From an uncultured Sphingomonadaceae bacterium (lineage in GTDB: Bacteria > Pseudomonadota > Alphaproteobacteria > Sphingomonadales > Sphingomonadaceae): a DNA stretch of 57,311 bases. Position 1 is the stretch's first letter, and every line of letters begins with the position of its first letter. Below, piece by piece: positions 40,309 through 51,343 of the stretch. A model generated the notes under the pieces. It was not told where the DNA came from and ran no database searches. It worked only from the letters and a program-made list of their open reading frames with translations. The position numbers and the translations under genes were made by a program. The DNA is taken from assembly GCA_964467715.1 (NCBI GenBank), contig CAYXTJ010000002.1, positions 1 through 57,311 of the forward strand. Direction: 5' to 3'.

Positions 40309-41970
40309 ATGAAGACTGCCCTCTACGCAGGAATTGCCGCCATCGTGGCCGCTGCCCTGCCGCTTCCCGCACTTGCCGAAACCCATTTCGACAATGTCGA
40401 AGGCATATCGGTGCGCCGCGATGGCAGCGTAGACCGCTTTTCCGGCATGGTGGTGGATGACGAGGGGCGCATCGTCGAGCTGCTCGACTTTGGGGACAGG
40501 CCCACGGTAGCCATCGACTATTACGAGGATATGGGCGGGCGCGTGGTGGTGCCCGGCATGGTGGACAGCCACGTGCATGTGATGGGCCTTGGCCTGTCGA
40601 AGATGACGCTGGACCTCTCGCAAACCAGGTCACTCGAAGAAGCACAGCAGCTGATCGCCGAATATGCCCAGCGCTTTCCCAACCGCCCCTGGCTGGTCGG
40701 GCGCGGCTGGAACCAGGAGACATGGGGCCTTGGCCGCTTTCCCACGGCGGCGGAACTCGATGTCGTGACAGACAGGCCGGTTGTGCTGGAACGGGTAGAT
40801 GGCCACGCGGTCTGGGCCAATTCCGCCGCGCTCGCTGCTGCCGGTGTAACTGCACAAACAGCAGACCCGGCTGGCGGGCGCATCATCAGGCAGTCCGGAT
40901 CGCGCGCACCCGCAGGCGTGCTGGTGGACAACGCGATGAGGCTGGTGCTGGACGAGGTGCCCCCGCCCCGCCCCGAGGATCGCGAGCAGGCGCTGAATGC
41001 CGCCCAGCGCGAGCTGTTCTCGCACGGTGTCACCGCCGCGGCTGACATGGGCACGACGATCGAGGACTGGATGACATTCCGCCGCGCGGGCGACGATGGC
41101 TGGCTGCGCTTGCGCATCATGGCCTATGCCGCCAGCGTGCCGGAAATGCTGCTGATCGGCGGCACCGGCCCCACCCCGTGGCTGTATGATGATCGCCTGC
41201 GTTTGAATGGTGTGAAGCTGTGGCTCGATGGCGCTTTGGGATCGCGCGGTGCGGTGCTGAAGGCAGACTATCACGACGATCCCGGCAATCGCGGGCTCGA
41301 GGTGCTGGGCGGCACGCAATTGCGCAATCTGATGAGCCGCGCCTCGATGGACGGGTTCCAGGTCGCCATCCATGCCATCGGCGATGGCGCGAATGCGGAG
41401 GCGCTGGCGGCAATCGACCAGCTCTCGCCGGATTTCGCCGGGGACAGGCGCTGGCGCATCGAACATGCGCAGGTCGTCTCGCCGCAAGACATCGCCATGT
41501 TCGGCCAGCACGGCATCATCGCCAGCATGCAGCCGGTTCACCAGACATCCGACCGGCTGATGGCCGAAGCGCGGCTGGGCCCGGACCGGCTTGAGGGCAG
41601 CTATGCCTGGCGCTCCATCGCTGCCACGGGCGCGCCGTTGGCTTTCGGCTCGGATGCACCGGTTGAAGTGGCCGATCCGCTGGAAGGCATCGCCGTGGCG
41701 ATCAGCCGCACCGATGCCAATGGCGAACCCTTTGGCGGCTGGATGCCGGGCGAAGCGGTCAGCCGCGAATCCGCGCTTGCCGCTTACACCGCTGGCGGAG
41801 CCTATGCCGGATTTGGCGAAGGACGCTTCGGTTCGCTGGCCGTGGGCGAGCGGGCGGATTTCCTTGTGCTCGATGGCGATCCGCTGCTTTCCAGCCCGGA
41901 GAATATCCGCGCCATTACCCTGCTGGAAACGTGGAGCGGCGGGCAGCGCGTGTGGTCTGCTGCCGACTAA
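40309..41970 (+). CDS. Exported amidohydrolase (YtcJ-like, amidohydro_3)
   Basis: Signal peptide, PGMVDSHVH, DGH..WANS, K.WLDGALGSRGA, HAIGD, RIEHAQ, FGSD.PV. Start placed at ATG 40309. Confidence 0.9.
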   Translation: MKTALYAGIAAIVAAALPLPALAETHFDNVEGISVRRDGSVDRFSGMVVDDEGRIVELLDFGDRPTVAIDYYEDMGGRVVVPGMVDSHVHVMGLGLSKMTLDLSQTRSLEEAQQLIAEYAQRFPNRPWLVGRGWNQETWGLGRFPTAAELDVVTDRPVVLERVDGHAVWANSAALAAAGVTAQTADPAGGRIIRQSGSRAPAGVLVDNAMRLVLDEVPPPRPEDREQALNAAQRELFSHGVTAAADMGTTIEDWMTFRRAGDDGWLRLRIMAYAASVPEMLLIGGTGPTPWLYDDRLRLNGVKLWLDGALGSRGAVLKADYHDDPGNRGLEVLGGTQLRNLMSRASMDGFQVAIHAIGDGANAEALAAIDQLSPDFAGDRRWRIEHAQVVSPQDIAMFGQHGIIASMQPVHQTSDRLMAEARLGPDRLEGSYAWRSIAATGAPLAFGSDAPVEVADPLEGIAVAISRTDANGEPFGGWMPGEAVSRESALAAYTAGGAYAGFGEGRFGSLAVGERADFLVLDGDPLLSSPENIRAITLLETWSGGQRVWSAAD

Positions 41971-41973
41971 CGC

Positions 41974-42804
41974 CTAGCTCTCGGTCGGCTTCTCGACAGC
42001 CTCGGCGGTATTCTCGCCGTCGTCGGCTTCATCGTCCTCGTCCACGTCCTTGCGCTTCTTCTCGCTGAAATACATCAGCACCAGCGATCCTTCGAACAGG
42101 AAATAGAGCGCGCCTGCCACCATCAGCTGGCTCATCGGGTCAGGCGGAGTGATGACCGCGCCGATCACGAACATGCCCACGATCACATAGCGCCGCGCAC
42201 CGACCAGCTGCTTGCGATCGACAATGCCCGCACGGTTCAGCAGCATCAGCAACACCGGCATCAGGAAGCTGATCCCGAAAGCGAGGATGAAGCGCATCAC
42301 CAGATCGAGGTAATCGCCCATGCTCGGCAGCGCTTCGCTCTGCAAGCCGCCCGCCTCGCCCTGGAAATCAAGGAACCATTTGAAGGCGGTGGGCATCACC
42401 ACGAAATAGGCGAGCGCCGCGCCCGCGGTAAACAGGATGGGCGTTGCCAGCAGGAACGGCAGGAAGGCCATCTTCTCCTTGGCATACAGCCCCGGCGCGA
42501 TGAAGGCCCAGAACTGGTTGGCGATGATAGGGAAGCTGAGGAAGAAGGCCGCGAACAGCGCCACCTTCACTTCCACGAAGAATGCCTCGTAAAGCCTGGT
42601 GAAGATCAGCCGCCCCTCGCCTTCGGGGAAAGACATGGTCAGCGGGCGCACAAGGATGCCGAAAATCTCGTCCGCGAAATAGAAGCAGATCAGGAACGCC
42701 ACCAGCAGCGCGGCAACCGCACGCACCAGCCGCTTGCGCAACTCGATCAGGTGGTCAAGCAGCGGGGCCTGGGTATCGTCGAGATCCTTGATCTTGAAGG
42801 CCAT
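41974..42804 (-). CDS. tatC: Twin-arginine translocase TatC
   Basis: PLLDHLIELRKRL, FIAPGLY..EK, AFGISF, ITPPD. Confidence 0.96.
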   Translation of the reverse strand: MAFKIKDLDDTQAPLLDHLIELRKRLVRAVAALLVAFLICFYFADEIFGILVRPLTMSFPEGEGRLIFTRLYEAFFVEVKVALFAAFFLSFPIIANQFWAFIAPGLYAKEKMAFLPFLLATPILFTAGAALAYFVVMPTAFKWFLDFQGEAGGLQSEALPSMGDYLDLVMRFILAFGISFLMPVLLMLLNRAGIVDRKQLVGARRYVIVGMFVIGAVITPPDPMSQLMVAGALYFLFEGSLVLMYFSEKKRKDVDEDDEADDGENTAEAVEKPTES

Positions 42805-42807
42805 GCG

Positions 42808-43212
42808 TCAATCAGCCTTCGGATCAGAAGCGGCTGGCGGAGGCGGAGGTGGCGGCGTTGCCGTGCTTTCGGCACTGGCAGCGGGCGCTGGCTTGGCTTC
42901 TGCCTCACCTGCGGGCTTTTCCGTGCGTTTAGGGGGCGGATAGGCGCCCGTCTGTTCCATTTCGGCAGGCCCGCCATTGGGGTGCTCGCGCATGATCTTT
43001 TCGTTCTGCGCTTTCCACTTCTTCTCCATCTCTTCCATCTCCGCCTCGCGGATCATGGAATCGAGGCCGGTGCGGAAGTGCGAGGACAGGCGGCGAATCT
43101 TGCCGATCCACCGCCCCGCCACGCGCAGCGCGGCAGGCAGGTCTTTCGGGCCGATGACAAGCACCGCCACAATCACGATCAACAGGATTTCCTGTGCGCC
43201 GATATCGAACAT
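42808..43212 (-). CDS. tatB: Twin-arginine translocase TatB
   Basis: MFDIG..E, VIGPKDLP, amphipathic helix, Pro-rich tail. Confidence 0.95.
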   Translation of the reverse strand: MFDIGAQEILLIVIVAVLVIGPKDLPAALRVAGRWIGKIRRLSSHFRTGLDSMIREAEMEEMEKKWKAQNEKIMREHPNGGPAEMEQTGAYPPPKRTEKPAGEAEAKPAPAASAESTATPPPPPPPAASDPKAD

Positions 43213-43236
43213 GTAAGGCGGCGCCCGCTAACGCTT

Positions 43237-43470
43237 TTAAGAGTTGGTCTTGTCCGCCGGAGCGGTCTCGGCAGTTTCGGAAGACTTGGCATTGTCCGCG
43301 GAAATCTGCGCGGGAGAGGACTTCTTGGCCTCTTCCTCGTCAGTCATTCCCTTGCGGAAGCTTTTGATTCCCTTGCCGAAATCACCCATCATTTCAGAAA
43401 TCCGGCCTCGACCGAACAGGATGAGGACGACCACTGCGATGATCAGGATTTGCCAGATACCGGGTTGCAC
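43237..43470 (-). CDS. tatA: Twin-arginine translocase TatA
   Basis: GIWQILII...[15 protein letters not shown]; GTG start. Confidence 0.95.
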   Translation of the reverse strand: MQPGIWQILIIAVVVLILFGRGRISEMMGDFGKGIKSFRKGMTDEEEAKKSSPAQISADNAKSSETAETAPADKTNS

Positions 43471-43500
43471 GCGAATTCTCCGAAAATGTGTGCGCCCGAT

Positions 43501-44217
43501 CTAGGCGCTTTCGTCGCGCATTTCCAGCGGTGATGTTTCACCGTGATGACCAAAGTCCGCTTCCGCTTCTTCCGCCGCGCGTTCGGCGGCATCTTCAGCC
43601 TCGCGCGCCAGTTCGGCGGCCTTTTCCTCGGCTTCGGCCTCTTTCTGCTCCATCAGATCGTCGAAAGCGTCCTCCACCGGATCGAGCAGCCCAGCAGCTT
43701 TCAACTCGTCGATTCCCGGCAAATCCTTGCGACTCGAAAGCCCGAAATGCATCAGGAATTCGGGCGTGGTGGCGTAGATCACCGGGCGGCCCGGCACCTC
43801 GCGCCTGCCCGCCGCGCGCACCCAGCCCGCTTCCATCAGCACGTCGAGCGTGCCCGATGACGTCTGCACCCCGCGGATCGCTTCGATTTCGGCGCGGCTG
43901 ACAGGCTCGTGATAGGCAACGATGGCGAGCACTTCGGTCGCCGCGCGCGACAGGCGGCGCAGCTGTTCCTTCTCGCGCCGGAGCAGGTGGGCGAGGTCAG
44001 GCGCGGTCTGGAACTGCCAGCGCCGCCCGCGTTCGACCAGCGCAATGCCGCGGCCGTCGTAGAATTCGGCAAGCTCGCACAAGGCCTCGCGCACATCCGC
44101 CCCTTCGAGGTGGGCAGAAATCTGGTCTGCCGTCATCGCCTCTTCGGACGCGAACAGCGTGGCTTCCACCGCGCGCACCAGATCATCCGGCTGGCTCTTC
44201 TGTTCGCTATCGCTCAC
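43501..44217 (-). CDS. scpB: SMC-Scp complex subunit ScpB
   Basis: VEATLFAS, LSRAATEVLAIVAYHEPVSRAEIEAIRGV, PGRP..YATT..FL.HFGL. Confidence 0.95.
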   Translation of the reverse strand: MSDSEQKSQPDDLVRAVEATLFASEEAMTADQISAHLEGADVREALCELAEFYDGRGIALVERGRRWQFQTAPDLAHLLRREKEQLRRLSRAATEVLAIVAYHEPVSRAEIEAIRGVQTSSGTLDVLMEAGWVRAAGRREVPGRPVIYATTPEFLMHFGLSSRKDLPGIDELKAAGLLDPVEDAFDDLMEQKEAEAEEKAAELAREAEDAAERAAEEAEADFGHHGETSPLEMRDESA

Positions 44218-45026
44218 GCCGTGATCCTCCTCAGGTGCAGCGGCCCGTAGGTCTCTTCCTGCCGCAGTTCCGCCTTGCCCATGCGCGCCAGTTCCAGCGC
44301 GGCGAGGAAGCTTGAGGCGAGCGCCGAACGCTTCAGGCGCGGATCGGCGTGGGCGGGCAGGAAACTGCGGATTTCCATCCAGGCCACGCTCACGCCCAGC
44401 ATGGCAGACACGCGGCTGATCGCCGAATCGAGCGTCATCACCGGGCGTTCCGCCACCATATGGACCACCGGCTCCGTGCGCAGCCTCACCAGCCCATAGG
44501 CGCGGACGAGCTGGAACCAGTCACATTGCCACTGGTTCTTGCGCAGGATCTTTAGGCCTTCGGGATCGCCACGCTCGAACACGTCACGCCCCACCCGGTC
44601 CCGCGCCATCAGCCGCGCACCGGCATCGCGCATAGCCTTGAGCCTCTCGAGCCGCAGTTGCAGCCGCAACGCCAGCTCTTCGGGAGAGGGGTCTTCCTGC
44701 TCTTCCTTGGGCAGGAGCATTGCGGATTTGAGGTAGGCGAGCCACGCCGCCATCACCAGATAATCGGCGGCAATCTCCAGCTTCAGCGCCTCGGCCCGCT
44801 CGATATAGTCGATATACTGGTCCACCAGAGCGAGGATCGAAATCGACTTCAGATCCACCTTCTGCCGCCGCGCCAGATCCAGCAGCAGGTCCAGCGGGCC
44901 TTCCCAGCCGTCGAGTTCCAGATAAAGCGCGGCGTCGCTGTAAGACGGGGCGGCAGGCCCTGCCCACTCGGCGGCATCCTCGCTTGCGGCTTCTTCAGCG
45001 CTGAACAGGATGCCGTCCTCGGTCAT
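44214..45026 (-). CDS. scpA: Segregation and condensation protein ScpA
   Basis: EGPLDLLL.L, ADYLVMAA.L..LKS..LLP, FLAALEL. Confidence 0.95.
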   Translation of the reverse strand: MTEDGILFSAEEAASEDAAEWAGPAAPSYSDAALYLELDGWEGPLDLLLDLARRQKVDLKSISILALVDQYIDYIERAEALKLEIAADYLVMAAWLAYLKSAMLLPKEEQEDPSPEELALRLQLRLERLKAMRDAGARLMARDRVGRDVFERGDPEGLKILRKNQWQCDWFQLVRAYGLVRLRTEPVVHMVAERPVMTLDSAISRVSAMLGVSVAWMEIRSFLPAHADPRLKRSALASSFLAALELARMGKAELRQEETYGPLHLRRITA

Positions 45027-46045
45027 GCCGCTTCCACCAGCGCCAGCAAGGCGTCGCGCTTGGCCAGCAGCTCGGCCCGGTCAGCCTCGACTCGCTGGTT
45101 TTCCGGATAGGCGAGTGCGGCATCGAGGCGCTTTGCCACATCGGCGGGCATGGCGGGAATGCTTGCCGAGATCCCCTTCATATCATCCATCTTCGCCCAG
45201 CAGTTGAGCACCACGTCACACCCGGCGGCGATCGCCTTGGCCGCGCGTTCGGGGATGGTGCCGGCGAGCGCTTCCATGTCGATATCGTCAGTCAGCAGCA
45301 GGCCGGTAAAGCCGATCTCGCCGCGGATGATCTCGCTGACGATGCGCTTGGACTGGGTGGCTGGATTTTGCGTGTCCCACGCCTTGTAGAGCACATGAGC
45401 GGTCATCCCGATGGGGGCGTGGCAGTGCATCCGGAACGGCGCGAGGTCATGCTCCAGCTCCTCGGCACTGGCGGAAACGACGGGCAGTTCCTTGTGGCTG
45501 TCCGCACAAGCGCGGCCGTGGCCGGGGATATGCTTGATGCAGCCCGTCACGCCAGCGCGCGCCAGCCCTTCAAGAATGCCGCGCGCGAGGGCGGAAACGC
45601 ACTTCGGCTCACTGCCCAGCGCACGGTCGCCGATCACGTCATGCGCACCTTCCTGCCGCACGTCGAGCAGCGGGGTGTAGTCCACCGAAATGCCCACTTC
45701 GGCAAGATCCATGCCCAGCAATTGCGCGTTGACGCGCGCTGCTTCGATGGCGCTGGCAGGCGCACGGTTCCACAGTTCGGCAAAGGTCCAGCCGGGCGGA
45801 TAGGCATCCCATTCGGGCGGCTTCATCCGCGCCACGCGGCCACCTTCCTGATCAATGGAGACAAGCAGCCGCTCGCGCCCATGGATGCTGCGCAATTCAT
45901 CGGTCAGCGCGCGCAATTGCTCGCGCGTTTCAACGTTGCGGCCAAACAAAATGTAGCCCGCCGGGTCAGCCTCCCTGAAGAAGGCGCGTTCGTCATCGGT
46001 CAGCGTGAGACCGGACAATCCGAATATCGCGGGTATCATTGCCAT
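45023..46045 (-). CDS. nagZ: Beta-N-acetylhexosaminidase (GH3)
   Basis: IDQEGGRVAR, IGDRA, KHIPGHG...DSH, MTAH, TDD..M.AL. Confidence 0.93.
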   Translation of the reverse strand: MAMIPAIFGLSGLTLTDDERAFFREADPAGYILFGRNVETREQLRALTDELRSIHGRERLLVSIDQEGGRVARMKPPEWDAYPPGWTFAELWNRAPASAIEAARVNAQLLGMDLAEVGISVDYTPLLDVRQEGAHDVIGDRALGSEPKCVSALARGILEGLARAGVTGCIKHIPGHGRACADSHKELPVVSASAEELEHDLAPFRMHCHAPIGMTAHVLYKAWDTQNPATQSKRIVSEIIRGEIGFTGLLLTDDIDMEALAGTIPERAAKAIAAGCDVVLNCWAKMDDMKGISASIPAMPADVAKRLDAALAYPENQRVEADRAELLAKRDALLALVEAA

Positions 46046-46116
46046 GCAGATTCGCAGGAAAGCGCCTTTCCAGCAAGCGGGAAACCACTAGATGATGTGG
46101 ATAGCAGCCTGTTTCT

Positions 46117-46144
46117 AACCCCCGGACCCACAAGACCGGGGGTT
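46117..46144. terminator. GC-rich hairpin between the SPOR gene and nagZ (weak terminator or mRNA stabiliser)
   Basis: AACCCCCGG ... CCGGGGGTT inverted repeat about 10 nt after the SPOR stop; no long U tract. Confidence 0.4.
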
Positions 46145-46155
46145 GCGCGGCTTAA

Positions 46156-46827
46156 TCAGCGTTTGACCTGGCAATCGCCGCCGCCATTGCGGATCGCGCG
46201 GCACAGGGATTCGGCTGCTGCCACATCGGAAGCCACGGCCTGCAGGCGGTAGATCGTGCCGCTATCCACCGTGCCTTCGATGATGCGATGGTTCACGCTT
46301 TGCAGCACGGAGTGGCGCGCGCGCAGGTTGATCCAGCCGGTCTGGGCACCCGCCCGCGTCTGGAACGCGCCGATCTGCACACCGACACCGCCAGAAGCTG
46401 CGGCCTCGCCCGCAGGCTGTTCGAGGTCGATGGAAGGTGAAGGCGTATTGTCTGCCAGCTGACCTTCGCGGCCCTGGCCCTGGCCCACTATGAAACTGAC
46501 ATCGCCGGTGCCGGCCACTTCGCTGCCGCCGGGATTTTCCGGACGTGTCTTGTAAGGCTGCTCCGGCGCTTCGATGGTGCTGCCATCGGCCCCCAAGGTG
46601 TTTTCCGCCGTGCGATCGCTGAGGAAATAGTTCACGCCCAGCAGGATCGCCGCCAGCGCCAGAGCCGCCGCGATCACGAATATAACGATGCGATAATCAT
46701 TGCCTTCCTCCTCGTAATCCTCTTCGGATTCGAGCCAGGGCAGCGCATCTTCATTGTCAGACAGGCCCAACTGACCGGCATCGCCAGCGCCATTGCCATA
46801 TTCGTCGTGATCACCCGGCAGGTTCAT
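46156..46827 (-). CDS. SPOR-domain membrane protein (FtsN-like)
   Basis: LPWLE motif, one TM, YK.RP..PGG, C-terminal SPOR (VQIGAF...W...YRL...C...C); between argS and nagZ. Start placed at ATG 46827. Confidence 0.85.
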   Translation of the reverse strand: MNLPGDHDEYGNGAGDAGQLGLSDNEDALPWLESEEDYEEEGNDYRIVIFVIAAALALAAILLGVNYFLSDRTAENTLGADGSTIEAPEQPYKTRPENPGGSEVAGTGDVSFIVGQGQGREGQLADNTPSPSIDLEQPAGEAAASGGVGVQIGAFQTRAGAQTGWINLRARHSVLQSVNHRIIEGTVDSGTIYRLQAVASDVAAAESLCRAIRNGGGDCQVKR

Positions 46828-46831
46828 CGCC

Positions 46832-48577
46832 TTACAGCTCCTCCACGGCCTCCACGCCCAGCAAGGCAAGGCCATTGCGCAGCACTTGCCCGATCTGCAC
46901 GCTCAGGAAAAGCCTTGCCGCCGAAACTTGGGGCTGTTGTGCCACGATGATGCGCTTTGCCGCATCGTCATTGCCGAGGTTGTAATAGGAATGGAAAGCG
47001 CTCGCCAGGTCATAGAGATAGAAGGCAATGCGGTGCGGTTCACGCGCCTTGGCGGCAGCTTCCACCTCGCGCGGGAACTGCGCGGCCTGCTTGATCAGCG
47101 CCAGCTCGTCATCGCCCATCTTGTCCATCTGGTCTGCCGCCGGAGCAAGGCCTTCCGCCGCCGCCTTGCGAAGCGTGGAGCAGATGCGGGCATGGGCATA
47201 TTGCACGTAGAAAACCGGGTTTTCCTTAGAGGTTTCGACCACCTTGGCGAAGTCGAAATCCATCTGCGCATCGGGCTTGCGGGTGAGCATGGAGAAGCGG
47301 ACCACGTCCTTGCCCACTTCTTCCACCATATCCGCAATCGTCACGAAATTGCCGGAGCGCTTGGACATCTTGGCCGGTTCGCCATTGCGCAGCAGCTGCA
47401 CCATTTGCACCAGCTTGACGTCGAACGGGATAGCCTTGCCCTGCCCTTCGGACAGCGCGGCGACCGCAGCCTTGATGCGCTTCACTGTTCCCGCGTGGTC
47501 CGCACCCCAGATGTCGATCAGCTCGTCGGCATCCTCGGCCTTCTGCATGTGATAGGCCAGGTCAGCGCCGAAATAGGTCCACTTGCCGTTAGACTTCCTG
47601 ATCGGGCGATCCTGATCGTCACCGAACTTGGTGGAACGGAACAACGGCAATTCGACCGGCTCCCAGTCATCCACCACCTTGCCCTTTGGCTGTTCCAGCT
47701 CGCCGTCATAGACAAGGTCATGCGCGCGCAGCCAAGCCTCGGCTTCGGCGGGCTTTCCGGCAAGTTGCAGCGCCGCTTCTGACGAAAACACGTCATGCTT
47801 GATGCCCAGCAGGGCGAGGTCGGCACGGATCTGGTCCATCATCGCGGACACGGCCTGCGCGCGGAAGATCGGCAGCCATTCTTCTTCCGGCTCTTCCACG
47901 AAGCGGTCACCCAGCTCATTCGCCAATGCCGCGCCGACGGGCTTCAGGTATTCGCCGGGATAGAGGCCTTCGGGGATTTCGCCGATGTCATGGCCTAGTG
48001 TTTCCTTGTAACGCAGGAAGGCCGAGCGGGCGAGCACGTCCACCTGCCCGCCGGCATCGTTGACGTAATATTCGCGCACCACCTCATGCCCGGCAGATTC
48101 GAGTAGGCTGGCCAGCGCATCGCCCACCACCGCGCCGCGGCAGTGGCCCATGTGCATCGGGCCGGTGGGGTTGGCGGAGACATATTCCACGTTCACCCGG
48201 CGGCCCTGCCCCATGGTAGACTTGCCGTAATCATCGCCGCGCGCCGCGATCTGGGCGAGCTCGTTCTCCCACACCGCGCGGTCCAGCTTCAGGTTGATGA
48301 AGCCGGGACCGCCGATCTCGGCGCTGAGCACCTGCGGATCGGCAGCAAGTTTCTCGACGATCTTCTCTGCCAGAGCGCGCGGATTGGTCTTGGCCTGCTT
48401 GGCCAGCACCATGGCGGCATTGGTGGCAAGATCGCCATGCGTTGCATCGCGCGGCGGCTCCACGCTCACATTGCTGCGCGGGCAACCGGCAGGCAGCACG
48501 GCTTCTGCTTCCAGCGCCGCGAGGATGGCATCGATCTTCGCCGAAAAACCGGCGTAAAGTGTTTGGTTCTCAGACAT
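46832..48577 (-). CDS. argS: Arginine--tRNA ligase
   Basis: HGDLATN, GPGFIN, VEYVSANPTGPMHMGH (HIGH-like), GADH, KMSKRSG, YVQYAHAR. Confidence 0.97.
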   Translation of the reverse strand: MSENQTLYAGFSAKIDAILAALEAEAVLPAGCPRSNVSVEPPRDATHGDLATNAAMVLAKQAKTNPRALAEKIVEKLAADPQVLSAEIGGPGFINLKLDRAVWENELAQIAARGDDYGKSTMGQGRRVNVEYVSANPTGPMHMGHCRGAVVGDALASLLESAGHEVVREYYVNDAGGQVDVLARSAFLRYKETLGHDIGEIPEGLYPGEYLKPVGAALANELGDRFVEEPEEEWLPIFRAQAVSAMMDQIRADLALLGIKHDVFSSEAALQLAGKPAEAEAWLRAHDLVYDGELEQPKGKVVDDWEPVELPLFRSTKFGDDQDRPIRKSNGKWTYFGADLAYHMQKAEDADELIDIWGADHAGTVKRIKAAVAALSEGQGKAIPFDVKLVQMVQLLRNGEPAKMSKRSGNFVTIADMVEEVGKDVVRFSMLTRKPDAQMDFDFAKVVETSKENPVFYVQYAHARICSTLRKAAAEGLAPAADQMDKMGDDELALIKQAAQFPREVEAAAKAREPHRIAFYLYDLASAFHSYYNLGNDDAAKRIIVAQQPQVSAARLFLSVQIGQVLRNGLALLGVEAVEEL

Positions 48578-48643
48578 GTCGGGGCCGATAGACTGTTTGC
48601 GCCCACCGGGAAAGCGGGTGTTTTCCCGACCGGGCTGAGGGGA

Positions 48644-49294
48644 TTAGCGCGTGGCGTTATAGGCCAGCTGGTCTTCGGTCAGCTGAAAGCCGACCAGCAG
48701 CTCGAAAGAAGCACGGGCCAGAGCCGCGCGCACTTCCGGACGAGTCAGCGGATCAACCGCCGCATCATCGTCGCCTGCTCGTCGCGTGCGGGTGATGATG
48801 TTGCGAATATCGGCAGGCAGCGTGGCTTCGGATCGGTTGACCACGGCCCCGGCGGTGCCGGTTGCCACGGCGCGTTCCTGGCCATCGGCGAAGGTCAGCG
48901 AAACCGTGCCCACACGCTTGGCGATAACGGCATCGCCGCCACGCAGCACAGTGCCGAAATACGGCAGCTCGACAGTGCGTGCACCGCGCGTGTCGCGACG
49001 CATGGCGCGCACGTCAAACGTGGCGGTGGAATAGACTTCGCCGTCGGAATCATCGCAACTGGTGCGCACATTGGTGATCACCGCCGTCACGTCGATCGCA
49101 TCTGCCGTGGTGGCGCCAGCGGGCGAGAATACCGTGATGTCGCCCGTATGGTCAGCAATGCCCACAGCCGGGCAGACCGAACGCAGCGCGGTGATGCCAA
49201 CGCCCTGTTCCACCACGATATCGCCTTCTGACTTGCAGCCCGAAAGGGCAGCAGCAGCACAGGCGGCGACAACAATTGCGTTACGAAGCTTCAT
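48644..49294 (-). CDS. Conserved hypothetical lipoprotein
   Basis: Lipobox ALSGC, CPAV, LPYF, FELLVGFQLT..QL.YN; divergent from ispH. Start placed at ATG 49294. Confidence 0.8.
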   Translation of the reverse strand: MKLRNAIVVAACAAAALSGCKSEGDIVVEQGVGITALRSVCPAVGIADHTGDITVFSPAGATTADAIDVTAVITNVRTSCDDSDGEVYSTATFDVRAMRRDTRGARTVELPYFGTVLRGGDAVIAKRVGTVSLTFADGQERAVATGTAGAVVNRSEATLPADIRNIITRTRRAGDDDAAVDPLTRPEVRAALARASFELLVGFQLTEDQLAYNATR

Positions 49295-49371
49295 TCCCGG
49301 TCCTTGAATCCTTATCTTGAAAGGTGCCCTACCTCTTTCCCATGACGGCGACAACAGCTAGGAGGCCCCAT

Positions 49372-50346
49372 ATGAACGCCCCCTTTCCCGAGACGAGTGC
49401 GGATACGCAAAAAGCGCCGCTGACTGTATTGATTGCCGCACCGCGCGGTTTCTGCGCCGGTGTGGACCGTGCGATCGAAATCGTGGAGCGCGCGCTCGAA
49501 CGCTACGGCGCGCCCGTCTACGTGCGCCACGAGATCGTGCACAACCGCTATGTGGTGGACGGCCTGCGCGCCAAGGGCGCGATTTTCGTGGAGGAACTGG
49601 ACGAGGTTCCCGAAGGTGTGCCGGTGGTGTTTTCCGCTCATGGCGTGCCCAAGTCCGTGCCTGCCGAGGCAGAGCGGCGCGAGATGATCTATGTCGATGC
49701 CACCTGTCCGCTGGTATCCAAGGTCCACCGTCAGGCCGAACGCCAGATCGAGGCCGGGCGGCATATCCTGTTCATCGGCCACAAGGGTCATCCGGAAGTG
49801 ATTGGCACTTTCGGGCAGGTATCGGATGGCGAAATGACGCTGGTGGAAACCGTGGAAGATGTCGCAACGCTGGAATTTCCGGCAGGCACGCAGCTTTCCT
49901 ACCTCACCCAGACGACGCTTTCGGTCGATGACACGGCGGAAATCATCAAGGCGCTGACTGAGCGTTTCCCCGAAATCGTCGCCCCCAAGGCAGAGGACAT
50001 CTGCTACGCCACCTCCAACCGCCAGGCAGCGGTGAAGGAAATTGCGCCTTCTGCTGACCTGACGCTGGTGATCGGTGCGCCCAATTCATCCAATTCGCTC
50101 AGGCTGGTGGAAGTGTCCGATCGTTCCGGCACGCCGGCCAAGCTGATCCAGCGCGGCAACGAGATCGAGGAAAGCTGGCTGGACGGCGTCGAGACCATCG
50201 GCCTGACCGCCGGTGCCTCTGCCCCCGAAACGCTGGTGCGCGAAGTGATCGCAAAGCTGGGCGAGTTCCGCACGGTCTGCGAACGCATGCTGGTCACGGC
50301 GGAGGAGAAGATGGTCTTCAAGCTTCCACGGCAGCTGACCGACTAG
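49372..50346 (+). CDS. ispH: 4-hydroxy-3-methylbut-2-enyl diphosphate reductase
   Basis: [52 protein letters not shown]; RBS GGAGG before ATG 49372. Confidence 0.97.
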   Translation: MNAPFPETSADTQKAPLTVLIAAPRGFCAGVDRAIEIVERALERYGAPVYVRHEIVHNRYVVDGLRAKGAIFVEELDEVPEGVPVVFSAHGVPKSVPAEAERREMIYVDATCPLVSKVHRQAERQIEAGRHILFIGHKGHPEVIGTFGQVSDGEMTLVETVEDVATLEFPAGTQLSYLTQTTLSVDDTAEIIKALTERFPEIVAPKAEDICYATSNRQAAVKEIAPSADLTLVIGAPNSSNSLRLVEVSDRSGTPAKLIQRGNEIEESWLDGVETIGLTAGASAPETLVREVIAKLGEFRTVCERMLVTAEEKMVFKLPRQLTD

Positions 50347-50353
50347 GCTTCCC

Positions 50354-51343
50354 ATGGCAGTCTACACGCACCTGTCGGCAGAGGACCTCGCCGATCTTAT
50401 CGCGCATTATGACGTGGGCGAGCTGGTGTCCGCCAAGGGCATTGCCGAAGGCGTGTCCAATTCCAACTGGCTGCTGGAGACGACCGGCAGCGACGGCAAT
50501 GGTGCGCGCTACATCCTGACGATGTACGAATTCCGCATCGAGCTGGAGGACCTGCCCTTCTTCCTTGGGCTGCTGGACCTGCTGGCAGAAAAGGGCTGCC
50601 CGGTCCCGGCGACGATCCACGACAGGAACGGCGCAAGGCACCGCATGATCACCAATGTGGCGGGCGAGCCCAAGGCGGTGGCGCTGATCGAATTCCTGCC
50701 CGGCGTTTCCATCGACCGGCCCGAACCGGCACAGGCCCAAGCGGTGGGCAAGGCGCTGGCAGAACTGCACATCGCTTCGCAAGATTACGCCACGCGGCCC
50801 AATGCCATGGGCCCTGCCGCATGGCGCGAACTGATCCGCGATTGCGGTACGGAAGGCCTCGCCCGGATCGACCCCGCTCTGCCGGCAATCGTGGAAGAAG
50901 CGCTGGCAACGTTCGAAAGCGCATGGCCCGAAGGCCTGCCCAGCGGAGTGTGCCATGCAGACCTGTTCCCGGACAATGTGCTGATGCTGGGAGACAAGGT
51001 TTCGGGTCTGATCGACTTCTACTTCGCCTGCACGGACTTCTTTGCCTATGACATGGCGGTGACTCACGCGGCATGGTGTTTTGCTGACCACGGCCGCAGC
51101 TTCCGCCCAGAAATCGCCACCGCCCTTATGCAAGGCTATGAAAGCGTGCGCCCGCTATCCGCAGAAGAGCGCGCCGCCCTGCCCATGCTGGCACAGGGAG
51201 CTGCGATGCGCTTTGTCTCCACACGCGCGTTTGACTGGCTCAACACGCCGGTGGATGCGCTGGTAACGCGCAAGGACCCGATGGATTTCGTGCGCCGGAT
51301 GCAGTTCTACGCCGCGAGCGGCGATGCGCCCTTTGCCGCATGA
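50354..51343 (+). CDS. thrB: Homoserine kinase type II
   Basis: [35 protein letters not shown]. Confidence 0.95.
   Translation: MAVYTHLSAEDLADLIAHYDVGELVSAKGIAEGVSNSNWLLETTGSDGNGARYILTMYEFRIELEDLPFFLGLLDLLAEKGCPVPATIHDRNGARHRMITNVAGEPKAVALIEFLPGVSIDRPEPAQAQAVGKALAELHIASQDYATRPNAMGPAAWRELIRDCGTEGLARIDPALPAIVEEALATFESAWPEGLPSGVCHADLFPDNVLMLGDKVSGLIDFYFACTDFFAYDMAVTHAAWCFADHGRSFRPEIATALMQGYESVRPLSAEERAALPMLAQGAAMRFVSTRAFDWLNTPVDALVTRKDPMDFVRRMQFYAASGDAPFAA

Noticed and set aside
42830-42900. GGC/GGA-rich low-complexity stretch
   Set aside because: Encodes the ordinary Pro/Ala-rich disordered tail of TatB.
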